Part shown: in pieces, positions 61,101 to 64,000 of the stretch
How the letters are laid out: each line of letters opens with the position of its first letter
Numbering within the stretch: position 1 is the stretch's first letter
Translations under genes and position numbers: made by a program
The notes under the pieces: model-generated
What the model saw: only the letters and a program-made list of their open reading frames with translations
Database searches by the model: none
What the model was told of the DNA's origin: nothing
IMG/VR virus record: IMGVR_UViG_3300046468_001139
Direction: 5' to 3' (one strand)
Length of the DNA: 64,000 nucleotides
Source: a virus

Positions 61101-64000
61101 AGCAGGAACTAAACCAACAGTTGTAGGACAAGTTGGTAGAAGAACTGATGCGGCTTACACAGATACAAGAGGTAGAATTTTAGCTAACTTAGAATTCTTA
61201 GTAGATGAAGCATATGAATATATTCAAGCTAACAATACTAAAGCATTCCAAGAAGCAAGTCCAGATGCGGCTCAACAAGCATCATGTAAAAGAGATGCAA
61301 GAGAATATGTAAAAGCAGTTCTTTGGGATTTAGAAAACTTTGGTAACTACTATTCAACACTTACAGGTAGATGGTTTAGTAACGCAGTAGGTGGATCACT
61401 TACAGAAGATATGTTCTACTTAGAAAACGGTACTGGTTTAAGAAACTGTACTGTTAAAGGACTAGCAGGAGCATTAGGTGCACCAAACGCATACGGAACT
61501 AAACGTCCAACAGCAGGAGCATTTTGTTCACTTAACCCAAGTTGGGGACCAGATGATGAAGATGCGTGGATTGCTACTAGATCACCATACGTACAAAACG
61601 TAACAACGTTTGGTACAAGATGTGTTGGACTTAAAGTAGACGGAGATATTCATAACGGTGGTAACGATTCAATTGTTGCTAACGACTTTACACAGGTACT
61701 TGATGAAGGTATTGGTGCATGGGTTACTAACTTAGGAAGAGCAGAACTTGTTTCCGTGTTCTCATACTACGGACACATTGGTTATCTTGCAGAAGCAGGT
61801 GGTAAAATACGTGCTACTAACGGTAACAGTTCATATGGTGACTTTGGTACTGTAGCAGAAGGTGTTGACTTAACTGAAACAGCTATTAAAGCAACAGTAG
61901 ATAACAGAAGTTTTGACGCAGTTATTGGTGCAGTTGTAACTAACAACGCAGGAATTATACACCACGAATATTTACATGCAGGTAGAGAATATGTACCAGC
62001 TAACACAACACTTAGTTACTCAGGAGATGGATTTGGTATTACTGGATTAACTCCAACAGTTGTTACAGGTGGTGTTATGCAGATTAGATTAACAGGTACA
62101 GCATCAACATTTGGTGGAGCAGATTATAAAACTGCAACTAATACTCCACAAACTGGTGATACTACAAGCATTACAATTTCAAACACAGATGCTTCGTTGA
62201 GTGCGGCATACGCAGGTATGGCAGTATTCTTAGTAGGTGGTAAAGGTGCAGGGCAGTATGGATATATTGATACATACAACGCAGGTACAAAAATTGCAAC
62301 TATTAAAAAATATTCAGATAACTTAGCAGGTTGGGACACTACAGTTAACGGACAAACAGTTGAAACTGAATTAGATAATACAACGCAATACAGCATTGAA
62401 CCAAGAGTTACTATTAGTGCTCCTGGTAATGATGGATCAACAGCAACGGCACAAGCTATTGCTAGAGCAAAAGTTGCAGATGGTAAAATTAGTGAAGTAA
62501 GAATTATCCACCCAGGTGCTTCTTATACATCACCTCCAACAGTAACATTTACAGATCCAAACAATACACTAGATGCTCCATTAGAAGTATTCTTAGGCGA
62601 TGGTGTACTTGCACAACCAACTTTTGCTTCAAGAGGAACAGGTTGGACAACAGCTACAGCTGAAGTTGTAGATGCAGGTTATGAAAAAGACATTACAGGA
62701 GTATCATTTACTGCTAATCCTTATGCTTATACATTGCTTACAGCTAACAAAGAATTTATTAAAGACGAAGTTATTGCTTATATTGACAATCAAATTGCAA
62801 ACGCGGCGGTTGGTAGTTCATTATGGGATGCCTTTACATATGATGCAACAACATGGGAAGCAGACGTTGGCGAATATGTTGACGCACTAGCACATGATAT
62901 TAAGTTTGGTGGAACTAAAGAAACAATTAGAGCCGCTAGAAGTTATTGGATTGGTGTAAACTCTACGCTACCAGGAAGACAAGGTCAAAAACTTGCGGCT
63001 TATGAGTTTATGAGAACGTTGCTAACAACTAATATTTTAGCTAACTCGGCTTACACAACTTTACAAAGTCCAGTAGTAACTACACAAACTACAAATGCTA
63101 ACAACGGTGAAGCAGGTGCTATTACTTTAATGGGCGGCTTAATTGACATTGTTAACGAAGGACTAATAAACGGACTTGACAGTTTACCACAAGACGGTGG
63201 AACAGGTATATTAAATATCACTGTTACATCACATGGATTAATTGACGGAGACAAAGTGTTAATTAATACAGTTGGTGGTACAACACAAATTAACGGTAAT
63301 AGATATTATGTAAAACGTATTGATGCAAATACTTTACAACTTTACTTAGATTATTTGTTACTATTTCCGGCAGTACTTACAAACGGTAGCCCATATGTTG
63401 CTAACGGTACTATATCATACGGAGCAGGTTATAGAGATGCTAAACAAGATGGCAAATACATGCAGGTTGAAGGAATGGAAAGTATTCCACAAGCTGGTGC
63501 AAACGTAGAATTTGCAAGTTTACCAAATCAATTCTTTAAACTTGTTAGTGTTACACAATTAACTGGTAGTTCACCATACTCAGCATTACTACAAATATCA
63601 CCAAACATGGAGTTAGACGATGCTCCAGCACATGGCGATAATGTTGAAATGAGAATTAGATACTCACAATGTAGACTAACAGGACATGACTATTTGGACA
63701 TTGGTACTGGTGGATTCACTACTACTAACTATCCAGGTACTCCAACTACACCAGCTGATCCTACAGATGAAGCTGTAGAAGGTGGTGGAGGAAGAGTGTT
63801 CTTCACAAGTACAGACCAAGACGGTAACTTTAGAGTTGGTGACTTGTTTAGTGTTGAACAGGCAACTGGTATTGCAACTCTAAATGCTGATGCATTTAGT
63901 ATATCAGGACTACAAGAACTACAACTTGGAGCAGTAGCACTTGGCGGTGCTGGTGCAACAGTTAACGAATTTAGTACAGATGGTACGTTTACCGCGAACA
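58117..64000 (+). CDS. Giant tail fibre/appendage protein, partial (>1960 aa); paralogue of 52735..58074
   Basis: Absent from the ORF track because no stop falls in the window. TAAATA at 58084-89; ATG at 58117 (MAEFKLGRIRFVWKGSW...); spot-checked frame still open at the window end (VNEFSTDGTFTAN). Confidence 0.8.
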   Translation, partial: MAEFKLGRIRFVWKGSWTTGTVYYKDDIVRQGGRTYFCNVGHTASADFATDESAKWQLFTDGVSWNGTWTSNYYYKQNDLIKYGGYLYVCNTAHTSEVDGATAGKLETDQAKWDLFAEGFDWKSDWTITTVYKVNDIVKYGGNLYLCNTAHTGSSSQGSDTDGLEADLSKWDIFSKGMDWKSDWAISTRYRAGDTVKYGGRMYICNEGHLSAATTGDGLESDQTKWDVVHNGIEYKTVHAINTRYKINDVVKYGGGLWINTHEHTSSATSLTDDVTSAGHIVTIDQISAADTDRTAGTYNDITGTSNGSGTGHRFNITIDNLGAATVTVVKGGQGHAIGNTISISPTDFGGTGTTLTFNVLTIETSTQWQQFIPGLEFEDSWSGSTAYQIGDFVTYGGYSYIATQNNTNVVPFGNASTWDLFTTGFSLKGDYNNATAYKVGDVVRVGGYTYISIQDTTGNRPPNVTYWDRLNEGMSWKDAWANATYYDLGDVVRGINNVNSYICVQAHTSDQVSNQDRPDQDVAGAYWKLMSGGVESGNLTTAGDLVYYGGSGPTRLPIGKDGQVLKVNEAGNAPEWAYFGQLDQVYYVGKSGVDGFAPAYGVTIDKPFFSTRWACEQIRKGPRNPEATNLIEMNKQFIQEQTMEFITHSIANNTAPFTTSFTYDAVKCRRDIGIILDALLWDLRHGGNVRMRECALSYISPGGANYVAGQTAETNAAINYAMSLLPNIITNLPPAANYATLNSVATPVVQFTDSTKTAEPNIATTANALTLLITDTITAGNTTNLQKKIKPNVTVFVKTGQYNEILPIIVPADVAVVGDELRSTEISAATAGPTDVNDANLSKTAILRMKAILSDVVLNNAVTKTAAGGHLTMDTFSAADASRATGTYTGVTGSSSAAGTVGTFDITVDANGAVTSVLVVTAGSGHAINDTITIADSVLGNGGGAAFTMDVATISTGNTRTQDVRLPAGNATAVTTAELLFQDIHNYIDYEVNGAGTKPTVVGQVGRRTDAAYTDTRGRILANLEFLVDEAYEYIQANNTKAFQEASPDAAQQASCKRDAREYVKAVLWDLENFGNYYSTLTGRWFSNAVGGSLTEDMFYLENGTGLRNCTVKGLAGALGAPNAYGTKRPTAGAFCSLNPSWGPDDEDAWIATRSPYVQNVTTFGTRCVGLKVDGDIHNGGNDSIVANDFTQVLDEGIGAWVTNLGRAELVSVFSYYGHIGYLAEAGGKIRATNGNSSYGDFGTVAEGVDLTETAIKATVDNRSFDAVIGAVVTNNAGIIHHEYLHAGREYVPANTTLSYSGDGFGITGLTPTVVTGGVMQIRLTGTASTFGGADYKTATNTPQTGDTTSITISNTDASLSAAYAGMAVFLVGGKGAGQYGYIDTYNAGTKIATIKKYSDNLAGWDTTVNGQTVETELDNTTQYSIEPRVTISAPGNDGSTATAQAIARAKVADGKISEVRIIHPGASYTSPPTVTFTDPNNTLDAPLEVFLGDGVLAQPTFASRGTGWTTATAEVVDAGYEKDITGVSFTANPYAYTLLTANKEFIKDEVIAYIDNQIANAAVGSSLWDAFTYDATTWEADVGEYVDALAHDIKFGGTKETIRAARSYWIGVNSTLPGRQGQKLAAYEFMRTLLTTNILANSAYTTLQSPVVTTQTTNANNGEAGAITLMGGLIDIVNEGLINGLDSLPQDGGTGILNITVTSHGLIDGDKVLINTVGGTTQINGNRYYVKRIDANTLQLYLDYLLLFPAVLTNGSPYVANGTISYGAGYRDAKQDGKYMQVEGMESIPQAGANVEFASLPNQFFKLVSVTQLTGSSPYSALLQISPNMELDDAPAHGDNVEMRIRYSQCRLTGHDYLDIGTGGFTTTNYPGTPTTPADPTDEAVEGGGGRVFFTSTDQDGNFRVGDLFSVEQATGIATLNADAFSISGLQELQLGAVALGGAGATVNEFSTDGTFTAN

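Noticed and set aside
995-63254. Many long antisense or alternate-frame ORFs in the track (e.g. 995..1747, 37788..38804, 41745..42425, 60330..61070)
   Set aside because: They lie fully inside well-supported genes, have low-complexity mirror composition and lack SD or promoter support; they are shadows of codon bias.
52735-64000. Diversity-generating retroelement acting on the fibres
   Set aside because: No reverse transcriptase in the window and no template/variable repeat pair differing only at adenines was seen.
1-64000. Stop-codon reassignment
   Set aside because: Genes are full length in the standard code, and TAA, TAG and TGA all end genes at expected positions.

Overview
This window is part of a large, AT-rich T4-like (myovirus-type) phage genome in the standard genetic code. 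It has four blocks. (1) 1-27.1 kb, minus strand: tail/baseplate module with gp48/54-like, gp53, hub, gp5, gp25, gp6, a 4944-aa wedge/fibre-platform protein and collar-type fibres. (2) 27.2-31.5 kb, plus strand: late sigma factor gp55, gp47/gp46 recombination nuclease, a small basic protein and a GIY-YIG nuclease, followed by about 500 nt of highly structured non-coding DNA. (3) 32.3-45.6 kb: putative head-internal proteins, a gp26/gp51-like chaperone pair, tape measure, portal, a Maf/GT-like enzyme, scaffolds, prohead protease and major capsid protein. (4) 46-64 kb: paralogous virion fibre/appendage genes, ending in two giant paralogous proteins, the last truncated by the window edge. The best-supported non-obvious signals are: a -1 frameshift cassette (T TTT TTC plus a hairpin 5 nt downstream) that would fuse the gp26-like and gp51-like ORFs; two unexplained large structured non-coding elements (31.5-32.0 kb and 45.69-45.90 kb, the second with its own sigma70-type promoter); a class of apparently leaderless late genes (TAAATA-N5/6-ATG); structured late leaders; and phycobiliprotein-like CxRD motifs in a fibre protein. 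Protein family calls come from motif recognition and synteny, not database searches. The host cannot be determined from this window.
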